A stretch of 64,000 nucleotides of DNA. Origin: Staphylococcus phage VB_SavM_JYL01. The translations under genes and the position numbers were made by a program. The notes beneath the pieces were generated by a model. The model searched no databases. It was not told the origin of the DNA and saw only the letters and a list, made by a program, of their open reading frames with translations. Positions within the stretch are counted from its first letter, which is position 1; each line of letters opens with the position of its first letter. The stretch lies in sequence record MH159197.1; one strand, 5' to 3'. Shown here one piece after another: positions 31,324 through 41,166 of the stretch.

Positions 31324-31500
31324 ATGGTTATACCTAGTATTAAAGCACAAAATAAATTCAAGAATGAATTAGAGTATTATAAGCAAGGTCACATTAGTGA
31401 AAGTAAAATGTTAGAATTAGCTTTTGATTACATTCAAGAATTAGAACAAAATAATGAATATGTTACTAATTTGCTAGAAGAGGAGAGATATGGTGAGTAA
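31324..31500 (+). CDS. small protein (58 aa), not in ORF track
   Basis: SD aaggaggag 8 nt upstream of ATG 31324; stop TAA 31498-31500; fills an otherwise empty gap. Confidence 0.5.
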   Translation: MVIPSIKAQNKFKNELEYYKQGHISESKMLELAFDYIQELEQNNEYVTNLLEEERYGE

Positions 31501-31741
31501 ATTTATCGGAGTGTACTTATTTAATTTATTAGTAGTAGCGCTAATTTATACAGTAGGATTTTTATTCTTTTATGGTGTAGCTAGTTTAGTTATTATTATA
31601 ACTCATGCCACTATTGACCCATTTGTATTAGCTACTTTCTTAGGAATAGGATTCTTGGTTATTAGAACTGCACACAGAATCATGGCACGAGTAATCAATG
31701 ATGCAGTAGCCCAAGCCATTAAGGATAAAGAAAATGAATAA
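31490..31741 (+). CDS. membrane protein (2 TM)
   Basis: ORF track. Confidence 0.5.
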   Translation: MVSKFIGVYLFNLLVVALIYTVGFLFFYGVASLVIIITHATIDPFVLATFLGIGFLVIRTAHRIMARVINDAVAQAIKDKENE

Positions 31742-31754
31742 AGGGGAATTTATT

Positions 31755-31967
31755 ATGGATAAAACATTACCAAAGTTTAGTGTATATGAAGTTATTGTAA
31801 AGACTGTAATTATGACACCAACAGAAGGAAGTTCTGACCGAGAATCATTTTACTTTTCAACTCAAGAGTTAGCAGAAAGATTTGTTAAAGAAAACCAAGT
31901 AGAAACAAAAGATGGAAAGCGTGTATCTTTTTCTATTAAAGAGCGTAAAGTAAATCAACCAGGCTAA
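31755..31967 (+). CDS. hypothetical protein
   Basis: ATG 31755 with SD aaggggaa. Confidence 0.5.
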   Translation: MDKTLPKFSVYEVIVKTVIMTPTEGSSDRESFYFSTQELAERFVKENQVETKDGKRVSFSIKERKVNQPG

Positions 31968-31989
31968 CATTAATTTGTTAGCTTTTTTT
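31963..31989 (+). terminator. intrinsic terminator
   Basis: gctaaca-ttaattt-gttagc + ttttttt. Confidence 0.6.
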
Positions 31990-31990
31990 A

Positions 31991-32019
31991 TTGACAAATC
32001 ATTTTATATAGTGTATAGT
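31991..32019 (+). promoter_or_regulatory. promoter TTGACA-17-TATAGT
   Basis: Consensus. Confidence 0.6.
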
Positions 32020-32047
32020 AATATTATACTGAAAAGGAGGAATTATT

Positions 32048-32692
32048 ATGAAAGTTTCAGAAGAAGTAAAACAGAGCTACTTAGAGAATAAAGCTAATAC
32101 TAAAATGGATAAGATAAGTTGGTCTGAGTTAAGGTCTAGTCCTGCAGGTAGAACATTAGGAGACTTAATATACTTTAGTGTAGTTATAATAAATAATATC
32201 ATAGCTATAGCATTAACATTAATGCTTGGAGATATTATCAAAGATTTAACGGATAGTACCCTAGTAAAAATAATAAGTATATTACTTATTATCATCGTTG
32301 TATACGGTATACTATCGGCTTTAATACCTATACTAATATTTAAATCTGTATTTCCTGGATGGGAATATACTGAATGGAATAATTCTTACTATTTGAGATT
32401 ACCTGGAGAAAAAGATTATAAATACTATAGCTACTGGTATTTAAATTTATTAGGTGTTACTGAGTTTTATCGGACAAATGATGAGGGTAAAGAAATTAAA
32501 GAAACTAGTTTAAGTTGGGTTTTTTATACTAAGGTTGATAGACCTGAGGATATTGACCATTGGAAAAATCAATTAATAACTAATAGACCTTTAACAATTT
32601 CTGAGTACAAAAAACTAAAGAAGCTAGATAAAGAAAGTGAAATTAGAAAACAAGAAGATTTAGAAGAATACAAGCAATACAATAGTAATTAA
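32048..32692 (+). CDS. membrane protein (2 TM)
   Basis: ORF track; promoter 31991-32019, SD aaaggagg. Confidence 0.55.
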   Translation: MKVSEEVKQSYLENKANTKMDKISWSELRSSPAGRTLGDLIYFSVVIINNIIAIALTLMLGDIIKDLTDSTLVKIISILLIIIVVYGILSALIPILIFKSVFPGWEYTEWNNSYYLRLPGEKDYKYYSYWYLNLLGVTEFYRTNDEGKEIKETSLSWVFYTKVDRPEDIDHWKNQLITNRPLTISEYKKLKKLDKESEIRKQEDLEEYKQYNSN

Positions 32693-32707
32693 AGAGGTGA
32701 AAAACCA

Positions 32708-32956
32708 ATGATAAGTTCATTTGATAGTGTATTACTTGTAATATACATTATTATAGCTTTTGCAGTAGCTATGGCAATACTTTATTTAGTATTTAAAGGT
32801 ATGACCCTTTTATTAGATAAACTAATGATGTTATTACTAAGTAAAACTACCTTAGATGTAGAAGCTTGCTCCATGATAATGGCAGTAGTCAGTACAATTG
32901 TGTTTGGAATTATTGTACTTTTAATATGGTTAGCAGTAAATAATATTTTATTGTAA
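32708..32956 (+). CDS. membrane protein (2-3 TM)
   Basis: ORF track. Confidence 0.5.
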   Translation: MISSFDSVLLVIYIIIAFAVAMAILYLVFKGMTLLLDKLMMLLLSKTTLDVEACSMIMAVVSTIVFGIIVLLIWLAVNNILL

Positions 32957-32967
32957 GGAGTTTTACT

Positions 32968-33144
32968 ATGGATTTTAATGACTTTATAAACAGTGAATCA
33001 GATAGAGTGGGTAAACCTAAACAAAAGAAGAAGGTAGAAAATAAACTACCTTCTTCTACTCCTATTGAAGAGAAGGAAAAAATGTTGAAAAGAATAAGAG
33101 AAAAATCATTATACATTGATTTAAGGAGAAAAAGAAATGACTAA
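32968..33144 (+). CDS. small basic protein (58 aa), not in ORF track
   Basis: SD taaggag upstream of ATG 32968; stop 33142-33144 overlaps the next start. Confidence 0.5.
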   Translation: MDFNDFINSESDRVGKPKQKKKVENKLPSSTPIEEKEKMLKRIREKSLYIDLRRKRND

Positions 33145-33433
33145 AGAAACAAATGTACTTTACAAAGATAAGTATAGAGATTATACTATAGTTGTAAGAC
33201 TAGTAGGTAATATTATTGTTACTGAAGTAGATAAGAAGCATAAAACAAAATTTTCACCTATTATATTTGATAATGGTCGAGAAGGTGTAGAGCTTGTAAT
33301 GCGTATCGGCTCAGAAGAACTTGATATGAAAGAACTTAGAGAATTTACTAAAGAGGTATCAACAGCTCAGAAAGCTTTAGAATATTTTAATAAAAAACTT
33401 TACATTAAAGGCTTGACAGATGAAGCCTTTTAA
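33137..33433 (+). CDS. hypothetical protein
   Basis: ORF track. Confidence 0.5.
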   Translation: MTKETNVLYKDKYRDYTIVVRLVGNIIVTEVDKKHKTKFSPIIFDNGREGVELVMRIGSEELDMKELREFTKEVSTAQKALEYFNKKLYIKGLTDEAF

Positions 33434-33471
33434 TATATACTAAGATTATAACTAAAACAAAGAAAAGAGGA

Positions 33472-33663
33472 ATGATTATTATGTTATTAGGAATTTTATG
33501 GTTTATATGGGGATTTGTATCTTATTTTGTAGTGATGTTTGGAATTGAATTTTGGAAAGACAGATGGTTACCAGGAGTTATTGGTGCAGGAGTTTTATTA
33601 ATATTCTTATTTTGGATTATGAAGTCTATTCATAATGCTATGACAGTAGTTTACTTGTATTAG
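33472..33663 (+). CDS. small membrane protein (2 TM)
   Basis: ORF track. Confidence 0.5.
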   Translation: MIIMLLGILWFIWGFVSYFVVMFGIEFWKDRWLPGVIGAGVLLIFLFWIMKSIHNAMTVVYLY

Positions 33664-33675
33664 GAGGTAATATAG

Positions 33676-34044
33676 ATGAATATATTAGTTATCCATTATG
33701 AAGAAACAAATAAACGAGTTCTAAAAGAAACAATAAAAACAATACAAAATCATTTAAACGATGAACATGGTTTGGTTAAAATGACAGCAACAAGACTTAG
33801 TAGAAAAGCCATAGAAGAAGAGTTTAATGATTACAATATAGTTATTGCAGAAAATGACCCTGATAGTTTTTACAGCTACTCAGATGCAGTAGACGATGTA
33901 GATTTTGTTATAGATATACCAATTTCATATTTAGATATACATGCAGGTGTAGAGTGGGATGTTGATAATCCTGTAGATATGCTAGATAGGAACCCTGATT
34001 TTATAGAAGCTATGGGTCAATTAAACGAGGACTTAATGTTATAA
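33676..34044 (+). CDS. hypothetical acidic protein
   Basis: ORF track; SD taggaggt. Confidence 0.5.
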   Translation: MNILVIHYEETNKRVLKETIKTIQNHLNDEHGLVKMTATRLSRKAIEEEFNDYNIVIAENDPDSFYSYSDAVDDVDFVIDIPISYLDIHAGVEWDVDNPVDMLDRNPDFIEAMGQLNEDLML

Positions 34045-34056
34045 GGAGGAAATAAA

Positions 34057-34404
34057 ATGTTAAATGAAAAACTAAAAAATTTAGAAGATACGAAAGTGTA
34101 TATGATTAATAGTATTGCAAGTTTACTAAGTGCAAGTACAGGTAAATCAAGTAAAGTATTTTTTGATGAAGGAACTATTAAAATTGTAAGTGGTGATACA
34201 AAAGCGGTAGAAGTTATTGATAATTTAGTTCACCCTCATTCAGGACGTTTACCTATTAAAACAACAGAACGTATTGCTCTTGGTAGACTAACAGATTCTT
34301 TACAGTTTGTTATTTCAGAAATAGAGTCGGTTAAAGACCAAATTATAGATGAAGAAAATGAAGCTTACATTGATTTTGTAATGGAAGACTGGAATTGGGA
34401 TTAA
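34057..34404 (+). CDS. hypothetical protein
   Basis: ORF track; SD aaggagga. Confidence 0.5.
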   Translation: MLNEKLKNLEDTKVYMINSIASLLSASTGKSSKVFFDEGTIKIVSGDTKAVEVIDNLVHPHSGRLPIKTTERIALGRLTDSLQFVISEIESVKDQIIDEENEAYIDFVMEDWNWD

Positions 34405-34682
34405 TGCCTATGGACTTAATGACAATAGCTTCTGTTGCCTTTATAGCTGTCGTTATTATTGATTTAATTAATGATGATATGAGCTATATGTTAACTGGTA
34501 CTGCAATATTAATAAACATTTGGGCAGGTTTTTATGGATGGTTCTTTTTACTACAAGCAGGTATGCTACTTTTCTTACTCTTAGCTAGAAAAGTTAAAGA
34601 TGATAAGGAATCAATACTATACTCAGGTGCTTCGTTAATATGTGCATTAGGGATGATAATAAATCTTCTTATATTTTCTTAA
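34395..34682 (+). CDS. membrane protein (3 TM)
   Basis: ORF track. Confidence 0.5.
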   Translation: MGLMPMDLMTIASVAFIAVVIIDLINDDMSYMLTGTAILINIWAGFYGWFFLLQAGMLLFLLLARKVKDDKESILYSGASLICALGMIINLLIFS

Positions 34683-34691
34683 AAATAAGTG

Positions 34692-34720
34692 TTGACACTT
34701 CTAAACTTTTGTATTATACT
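34692..34720 (+). promoter_or_regulatory. promoter TTGACA-17-TATACT with a small aagtgt/acactt palindrome over the -35
   Basis: Sequence inspection. Confidence 0.5.
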
Positions 34721-34751
34721 ATAAGTATAACAAGTACAGGAGATGATTAAT

Positions 34752-35057
34752 ATGAGTAAAGAAACAATTAGAAGACAATTTTCAAACGCAATTGAGATTA
34801 TGGCAACAACTAAGGAATGGTGGAATTTCCCTAAAAGCTTTAATACAAATAAAGAGTTTAAAATTAAAACTTTTAAAAATGACACACTTGTATTTGAAGT
34901 TCGAGAAGGTAATAGAAACTTAGGAAGCTTTGTAGTTTTCACATGTATTGACTTTGATTATGATAAACTTGAAGGAACTTCAACACAGTATATGATTAAT
35001 TACTTTGCTAAGAAATTAACTAAAGATATGTTTAACTATCATAAGTTACAACTATAG
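34752..35057 (+). CDS. hypothetical protein
   Basis: ATG 34752, 11 nt after aggag; promoter 34692-34720. Confidence 0.5.
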   Translation: MSKETIRRQFSNAIEIMATTKEWWNFPKSFNTNKEFKIKTFKNDTLVFEVREGNRNLGSFVVFTCIDFDYDKLEGTSTQYMINYFAKKLTKDMFNYHKLQL

Positions 35058-35071
35058 TAGGAGGTGGAAAG

Positions 35072-35422
35072 ATGAGAGAGGAATTAAAACCTTTTAATAG
35101 AAAACAAGTTAATGTTAAAGGGTACTTAGATGATGTTAAGTACTCAAAGCGTAGAAGACATAAAGGTAATCAACATGGATGTGTAAAAATAACAGTTACT
35201 GACGTAAAGATTAATGGTATATCTATTGACCATGTTAATATTGAAGTTGGAATTTCTTTTTATGAAAAACTAAAAGAATTACAAGGAAAAAGAATTCAAT
35301 TTGTAGGTACTGTCTACAAATACGTTAAACATGCTAGAGGTCATAAAGGTAGAATTAAAGGATTTTATAAAGAGGATTATAGTGTAACTTTGGATAAGAA
35401 GTTACAAAAGGAGGAAAAATAA
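35072..35422 (+). CDS. hypothetical basic protein
   Basis: ORF track; SD taggaggtgg. Confidence 0.5.
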   Translation: MREELKPFNRKQVNVKGYLDDVKYSKRRRHKGNQHGCVKITVTDVKINGISIDHVNIEVGISFYEKLKELQGKRIQFVGTVYKYVKHARGHKGRIKGFYKEDYSVTLDKKLQKEEK

Positions 35423-36024
35423 TGATTAAAAGAAGAAAACATTTAGACCATACAGTACAACCTGAGAAAGGATGGAGAACAGTACCTTTTAATGGTTACT
35501 ATGAAGCCCACCCTTCAGGTTTAATTAGAAATAAAGTAACAAGAAAACTAATTAAAGGAACACAGACAAGGAAAAATCATCCTAAGTGGACTGCTCATGA
35601 GATTGTATATTTAATTAACCCTAAGAAAACAAGTTATTCACGAGGTGTTGTTATTGCACATACCTTTCCTGAAATGATTAGCCAATCACGAGGAGACCTT
35701 AAGAACGGTCACGTATGTTTTAAAGATGGTGACAGAAGTAATTGTCATGTAAATAATATGTTTATTGGTAAAGGTAATGTTAATAAGAATATCTACAAAT
35801 TAAATGATTCCTATTTGACTAGAAAAGATATTGAAGAGGATATCAACAACTTAGTTAATGAGAGACTATTCTCTCAGTTAGAGTTACTTATTAAGAAAAA
35901 TGAACCTGAAAGAATTACACCTAGCAATCACTTTATTAAAAGAGATAATAATGTATTCAGTATCACGGATTTATCTAAAAACTCTTTAGTAGAATTTGAA
36001 TTAGAAATCAAAAATATTAAATAA
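35422..36024 (+). CDS. free-standing HNH homing-endonuclease-like protein (NUMOD4 + HNH_3 type)
   Basis: WRTVPFNGYYEAHPSGLIRNKVTRKLIKG resembles the NUMOD4/HNH_3 N-terminus of phage homing endonucleases. Confidence 0.55.
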   Translation: MIKRRKHLDHTVQPEKGWRTVPFNGYYEAHPSGLIRNKVTRKLIKGTQTRKNHPKWTAHEIVYLINPKKTSYSRGVVIAHTFPEMISQSRGDLKNGHVCFKDGDRSNCHVNNMFIGKGNVNKNIYKLNDSYLTRKDIEEDINNLVNERLFSQLELLIKKNEPERITPSNHFIKRDNNVFSITDLSKNSLVEFELEIKNIK

Positions 36025-36037
36025 GGTGGCTATATAA

Positions 36038-36217
36038 ATGAATGAGTGGTATGCTTTATGTTACTATGATAAAGTAGGTAAAAAGAAAATACCTAGGCAA
36101 GTTAGAGCACACAGAGATATTTCAGTATTAGAAGAGCTAAAAGAAAGATTAGAAGAAAGAAATCCTAGTACAGAATACTCTATAAAAACAACAAAAGAAT
36201 TTGATGAGGAGAGATAG
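36038..36217 (+). CDS. small protein (59 aa), not in ORF track
   Basis: SD aaggtgg 8 nt upstream of ATG 36038; stop TAG 36215-36217. Confidence 0.45.
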   Translation: MNEWYALCYYDKVGKKKIPRQVRAHRDISVLEELKERLEERNPSTEYSIKTTKEFDEER

Positions 36218-36291
36218 GGATGTTAACACCACAGCAAAAAGATTCATTAAAAAAGCAACAAAAGAAATTAAGTAAAAAGAAGAAATAACTG

Positions 36292-36320
36292 TTGACAAAT
36301 GAGTGTACATAGGTTATACT
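36292..36320 (+). promoter_or_regulatory. promoter TTGACA-17-TATACT
   Basis: Consensus. Confidence 0.5.
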
Positions 36321-36442
36321 TAAGTTAACAAATAAAGAGGAGGTATGACCTATGTTATTCATAATTTTTTTCTTAGCAGTATTCTTTGTATTAGGATTTA
36401 TTAACGGATGGAACTCAGAAGACTAAAAAAGGAGTGGTTATA

Positions 36443-36853
36443 GTGAAGTTAGAAGATAAAGTATTAGAAAGAATTGATTCTCTTGGAGGTAAGTTAGGTG
36501 ATATTAGCCAACATGCTTGGGAAGCTTTAGTAAAGTATCAAATTATATATGGTATTATAGACCTTATAGTAGGTATTATAGTTATAGCATTAACTGTATT
36601 TTTATGGAAGTTATTTATTAACCAACATAAAAAGGTAAATGATATAGATAGAGATGATGATTATAGTTTACTATTTGAAGATTGTGAAGATTTATCAGGT
36701 ATAGGTTTGTTTTATGTAATAGCTACATCAATCATATCACTATTTGCATTTATATACTTAGTATATGGAATACCTATGGATATTATAAAAATACTGAACC
36801 CTGAGGTATTTGCAGTAAAAGATTTAATCGAACAAGCTAAAGGAGGAAACTAA
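36443..36853 (+). CDS. membrane protein (2 TM), probable GTG start
   Basis: ggag 36431-36434, 8 nt upstream of GTG 36443; the ORF-track start 36434 overlaps the SD. Confidence 0.45.
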   Translation: MKLEDKVLERIDSLGGKLGDISQHAWEALVKYQIIYGIIDLIVGIIVIALTVFLWKLFINQHKKVNDIDRDDDYSLLFEDCEDLSGIGLFYVIATSIISLFAFIYLVYGIPMDIIKILNPEVFAVKDLIEQAKGGN

Positions 36854-36854
36854 A

Positions 36855-37148
36855 ATGAAACAAAGAGATTTTGAATTTGAGGAAGATTTTGTATTAACTT
36901 ACGAGTGTGAGGATTGCAAACATTTTGAAGATTGGGGTCATGATGAAGAGCCTGAAGAATGTAGTGAATGTGGTAGTAGTGACTTAATTAACAATACAAG
37001 TCATGAAGACACTGAGTGTGACATGTGTAAAGGGTACATTGATATGTGGCAAGATGGATATAGATACATGGGAGATAATAAAGCATACCTTGAAAAAGAA
37101 GATTCAGGTTTAATTTGTGAAGATTGTTATGAGAAATTAGATATTTAA
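36855..37148 (+). CDS. Cys-rich zinc-ribbon-like protein (four CxxC pairs)
   Basis: CEDC...CSEC...CDMC...CEDC spacing. Confidence 0.5.
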   Translation: MKQRDFEFEEDFVLTYECEDCKHFEDWGHDEEPEECSECGSSDLINNTSHEDTECDMCKGYIDMWQDGYRYMGDNKAYLEKEDSGLICEDCYEKLDI

Positions 37149-37164
37149 TAAGGAGGAAATTAAA

Positions 37165-37452
37165 ATGAACAAAGCAGTAGAGCAAGCAAGTAGTGCATTA
37201 GGGCAAGGTTTTTCAGCTATGGTATGGCACCAGGTGTTAGTAGGTTTAGGATTTATTTTACTAGGGGTGTTATTATCTTTATTAGTTTGGGTACTAGTAA
37301 AAAAATTACAGGTACCATTTAACCATCCAACAGCTTTTGTAGTATACTCAATTATGTTAGTTAGTATTGTTGCTAGTTTTATTTGGGGTGGTTTACACGT
37401 AATTAACCCTGAGTATTATGCTATTTTAGAACTTAAAGGGTTTATAAAGTAG
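37165..37452 (+). CDS. membrane protein (2 TM)
   Basis: ORF track; SD aaggagga. Confidence 0.5.
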   Translation: MNKAVEQASSALGQGFSAMVWHQVLVGLGFILLGVLLSLLVWVLVKKLQVPFNHPTAFVVYSIMLVSIVASFIWGGLHVINPEYYAILELKGFIK

Positions 37453-37462
37453 GAGGAATTCT

Positions 37463-37576
37463 ATGACTAAAGAAGAGTTAGAGCAAAGAGTAAAAGAACT
37501 TGAAGCAGAGAATAAAGAACTTAAAAAACAAATAGAACGTTTTGAAGACGAGGGAGGAAAAACAAAAGATGAATAG
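37463..37576 (+). CDS. 37-aa coiled-coil micro-protein, not in ORF track
   Basis: AGGAGG 8 nt upstream of ATG 37463; MTKEELEQRVKELEAENKELKKQIERFEDEGGKTKDE; stop overlaps the next start. Confidence 0.45.
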   Translation: MTKEELEQRVKELEAENKELKKQIERFEDEGGKTKDE

Positions 37577-37838
37577 TAGACAAAAGAAAATTCTAACATT
37601 AACAATAAATAATTTTTTAATGTTAGCCTTAGATACTGTAGCACTAATTAGATATAAAAAAGGTAAAATTAAACAAGAGAACTATAATACAGGACAGATT
37701 ACAAGAACAATAGTTACAACAGCTAACTCATTAGGTATTCTTTACTTAGAAGAACAAGAGCGTAAAGAAGTTAAAGATATTAAAATAGGTACTTTTGAAA
37801 CTGGAGACCTTAAAAGATTTATGAATACAAATAAATAA
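37569..37838 (+). CDS. hypothetical protein
   Basis: ATG 37569 after ggagg; the ORF-track start 37542 lies inside the micro-ORF. Confidence 0.5.
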   Translation: MNSRQKKILTLTINNFLMLALDTVALIRYKKGKIKQENYNTGQITRTIVTTANSLGILYLEEQERKEVKDIKIGTFETGDLKRFMNTNK

Positions 37839-37848
37839 AAAGTTTAAG

Positions 37849-37884
37849 AAACCTATTGACATTAGGTTTCTTTTATTATATACT
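37849..37884 (+). promoter_or_regulatory. terminator hairpin with the -35 in the loop (aaaccta-TTGACAt-taggttt + cttttatt), -10 TATACT
   Basis: Stem 37849-37855/37863-37869; ttgaca 37856-37861; tatact 37879-37884. Confidence 0.6.
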
Positions 37885-37913
37885 AATATTATAAGAAATA
37901 AGGAGGTTAACTT

Positions 37914-38219
37914 ATGAAAGGTATTATTATATTTTACAAAGAAGAGACCAAAGAGGATTTAGGATATTTTCTTGGGTTTATAAACTTTAAGCTAGAAGGA
38001 TTATCTTACACAACTGAAGGTACTTTAGTAGATAATGATGTAGTAGTTTTAAAGGATAACCAAATTAATGAGGATAATTTAGAACAGTTTAGTATGTCAA
38101 ACAATAATTTAGTTATTGGAATACTAGGTCATTCATCTCTTTCAGTACGTATCTATGAAAAAGGTATTAGACAAGAAATTGAAAGAGTAGAAGAATATTT
38201 AGAGGAGTTGAGACAATAA
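37914..38219 (+). CDS. hypothetical protein
   Basis: ORF track; promoter with fused terminator at 37849-37884. Confidence 0.55.
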   Translation: MKGIIIFYKEETKEDLGYFLGFINFKLEGLSYTTEGTLVDNDVVVLKDNQINEDNLEQFSMSNNNLVIGILGHSSLSVRIYEKGIRQEIERVEEYLEELRQ

Positions 38220-38626
38220 TGTTAGCAATATTTGCATTAATTTTTGGTTTACTATTTATTTTATCTTTATTAGGTATTTTTATTTATTCTATATTTTTAC
38301 GAAAGAAAAAACAATTAATAGAAGAAAGAGAATCATTTGGTATTTATAATAGAACGAAAGAAAAACTGGGTGATGTAACACGTTTAGGGTATGAGGAAGA
38401 TGTATATAAGTTAATCCATAACCAATCTAATAAGACAATCATAGAGGATAAAAAGAGTAAAGTTGTAGATACAATTAAAAAGATGTATGAATTAGAATTA
38501 ACATCTGTAGATGTTTCTAAGGTAGAAGGATTATCTCCACTCGATACAGAACCTATGACAAATATGAAATTACTTTCATATAAGCTAGATAGAGAAGGAT
38601 TATATAGTTTGAGTAAATTTATTTAG
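38219..38626 (+). CDS. membrane-anchored protein
   Basis: ORF track. Confidence 0.5.
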   Translation: MLAIFALIFGLLFILSLLGIFIYSIFLRKKKQLIEERESFGIYNRTKEKLGDVTRLGYEEDVYKLIHNQSNKTIIEDKKSKVVDTIKKMYELELTSVDVSKVEGLSPLDTEPMTNMKLLSYKLDREGLYSLSKFI

Positions 38627-38636
38627 GAGTGATACA

Positions 38637-38873
38637 ATGGAATTTATAGATAAAAATAATGTGATTAAAGCTTACGATATACCAAATGTTTATTTAAAAG
38701 GTTATGTATTACAGGCATGTGATAAAAATGGAGATACAACAGCTTATGATGGTTATGACCAAATACACTATAAAAAAGGTAGAGTATTAACATTCCCTTT
38801 TGATAAACCATTAAGAAAGATAAATGTACTATCAGGATATTACAAACTATTTAAAAAGGAGGACATAATATGA
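38637..38873 (+). CDS. hypothetical protein
   Basis: ORF track. Confidence 0.5.
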   Translation: MEFIDKNNVIKAYDIPNVYLKGYVLQACDKNGDTTAYDGYDQIHYKKGRVLTFPFDKPLRKINVLSGYYKLFKKEDII

Positions 38874-39397
38874 TTTATTTTGTTAGTGATTTACATTTTG
38901 GTCATGATAATATTAGAGAATTTGAAGCACCTACAAGAAGTCACTGGAACTCAGTAGAAGAGATGGATGAAGGTTTAATTGAGTTGTGGAATAATACAAT
39001 TACAAATAACGATATTGTTTATAATATTGGAGACTTCTTTTTCAATATGAAACCGTCTAAAGTAGAAGATATACTTAATAGACTAAATTACAAAGAGATG
39101 ATACTGATTGCAGGTAACCATGACCATAAGAAACTTATAAAACTATATGAACGTAATGGTATTACAGTAAAGTACGCAGATATGATTAAAAAGGATGGTA
39201 AAAGATTTTATCTAAGCCATTACCCTACGCTAATAGGTAGAAAAAACATGTTTAATATTCATGGTCATATACATTCACAGTTAATGGATACAGAGTATCA
39301 CATTAATGTAGGTTATGATGTAGAGGGTAAGATTGCCTATAGTTTTGATGATATTATAAGTAGAGCAGGTGAATATAATGGAGAAATTCAAAGGTAA
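38870..39397 (+). CDS. calcineurin-like metallophosphoesterase
   Basis: FVSDLHFGHDN, AGNHDH, HGHIH motifs. Confidence 0.7.
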   Translation: MIYFVSDLHFGHDNIREFEAPTRSHWNSVEEMDEGLIELWNNTITNNDIVYNIGDFFFNMKPSKVEDILNRLNYKEMILIAGNHDHKKLIKLYERNGITVKYADMIKKDGKRFYLSHYPTLIGRKNMFNIHGHIHSQLMDTEYHINVGYDVEGKIAYSFDDIISRAGEYNGEIQR

Positions 39398-39689
39398 AGA
39401 TTTATATAAAACTAGAATTAGAAAGCAAACAATTAAAAATTTAGTTATAAAAACAGAGAAGCTACATAATAAACATGGAAAGTATAGACCTATCGGTCAT
39501 GTCTATTATTACCCGAAAACAAAAGAGTTTACTTTATCCAAACCTGAGCAGAAAATATTTATAGAGTACATGAAGGCATTAGGTTTTAGTGTTAAACACA
39601 AGAGACGTAAGAAAATAATTATAGTATACAAGAATGTGTCAGATGAATATCTTAGTATGTATCAGGAAGCAATTGAAAGTACGTGTTGA
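39369..39689 (+). CDS. hypothetical basic protein
   Basis: ORF track. Confidence 0.45.
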   Translation: MNIMEKFKGKDLYKTRIRKQTIKNLVIKTEKLHNKHGKYRPIGHVYYYPKTKEFTLSKPEQKIFIEYMKALGFSVKHKRRKKIIIVYKNVSDEYLSMYQEAIESTC

Positions 39690-39734
39690 CAATTAAGGTA
39701 TACTATGTTATAGTATAGAAAAGGAGGTTAACTG

Positions 39735-39914
39735 ATGAAGCATTTTATTTTGATTTTAGGAATTGTAATTCTAGTTATTGCATTAGGTATTGTTTTACCT
39801 GCATGGATTTTACAATTAGTGTTATCTGCATTTGGTGTTAAAGTAAGTATTTGGGTATGTATCGGGATATTTATCTTAATCAGTGCAGTAGGAAGTATGT
39901 TTAGTAGAAATTAA
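39735..39914 (+). CDS. small membrane protein (59 aa, 2 TM), not in ORF track
   Basis: aaggagg upstream of ATG 39735; stop TAA 39912-39914. Confidence 0.5.
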   Translation: MKHFILILGIVILVIALGIVLPAWILQLVLSAFGVKVSIWVCIGIFILISAVGSMFSRN

Positions 39915-39928
39915 AGGAGGAACTATAA

Positions 39929-40192
39929 ATGGCAAAATATGAATCAAATATCAACGGAGAAAATTATATTGCAACACCATCACAAGCTTTAAGAGAGGCA
40001 CTAGCAGAATTAATTAAAGAAGAAAAGAACTTTGCAGATTACCAAACTAAGGGTGAGGAACAGTATGAATCACAGTTACAACTAAGACACTTCGATGCAA
40101 TGATTTCTCAGTATGAAGAAGCTATTCGAGTATTAGAGGATAGATATTTATCTCAGATTTTTATTCCAAAAGATAATAAGGAGGAAAAGTAA
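39929..40192 (+). CDS. hypothetical protein
   Basis: ORF track; SD aaaggagga. Confidence 0.5.
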   Translation: MAKYESNINGENYIATPSQALREALAELIKEEKNFADYQTKGEEQYESQLQLRHFDAMISQYEEAIRVLEDRYLSQIFIPKDNKEEK

Positions 40193-40194
40193 TT

Positions 40195-40512
40195 ATGAAA
40201 GCAGAGTCAATAGCACGATTTTTTCAGGATAAGGTATTACAAATAGAAGGGTATAAGGTAAGATTCACTCAAGCTAGTTCATCATATATTTTAGATATAG
40301 ATACTATGGATGAATCAGTATTGTTTTTAGATACTGTAGTTTTCACTCTATCAGGCAAGTACTTATTAGATACACATATTACGATTAATAAACCTGAAAC
40401 ACTAAGCTCTAAGGAATTATACACAGAGATTGGTAATAAACTACAAGAGATTGTAGGAGACCAAACGAAAACAGATATCGAATTAACTCGATACTTTAAG
40501 GAGGTAAAATAA
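40195..40512 (+). CDS. hypothetical protein
   Basis: ORF track. Confidence 0.5.
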   Translation: MKAESIARFFQDKVLQIEGYKVRFTQASSSYILDIDTMDESVLFLDTVVFTLSGKYLLDTHITINKPETLSSKELYTEIGNKLQEIVGDQTKTDIELTRYFKEVK

Positions 40513-41166
40513 ATGAAATCAGATGCTATTATAAATTCATTATTAAATATGAAACATATAAATATACAAAAACACAATATAAAAGTAACACTTGAGAAAG
40601 GTAGATATAAGGGTGTAGGGTATCTAATAGAGTTTGAAACCTCAATACAATACAGAAATAATTATAAATTACAATCTCCAATAATTATATCTTACGAAAA
40701 TGAAGAGCCTAAAGAAATCATTACTCAAATTAAAGATAAAGTATTGAAAATTGTAGAAGAGCAGATAAAGACAGATGATTTATTTATTGAAGCAATTGAT
40801 GATATTAATAAGGAGACAGCTCTTAGAAAACTAAAGCCTTATATTAATGAAGAATACTACTCAGTGTTTAAATCATCTATTGATAAGGGAGTACCTGTAG
40901 TTTTACCTTCTGAACTTTTAGATAGATGCACAGGAAAAACATCAACAATGGCTTATTTAGCTATAGAATATGATTTACCTCTTATAGTATCAAACACAGT
41001 CATGGTTAGAGTGCTATTAAATGATTATCCGACTATTAAAGTTACATCGAAAAAAAGAGAAGGTTACAAAGACTCAATAGTGTTAATTGACGAGCCTGAC
41101 TCTGAAATACTAAATCTTTACTTAGGTATGCCTGAGTGTGATATTATTGGTATTACGAAAAAATAA
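40513..41166 (+). CDS. hypothetical protein
   Basis: ORF track. Confidence 0.5.
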   Translation: MKSDAIINSLLNMKHINIQKHNIKVTLEKGRYKGVGYLIEFETSIQYRNNYKLQSPIIISYENEEPKEIITQIKDKVLKIVEEQIKTDDLFIEAIDDINKETALRKLKPYINEEYYSVFKSSIDKGVPVVLPSELLDRCTGKTSTMAYLAIEYDLPLIVSNTVMVRVLLNDYPTIKVTSKKREGYKDSIVLIDEPDSEILNLYLGMPECDIIGITKK

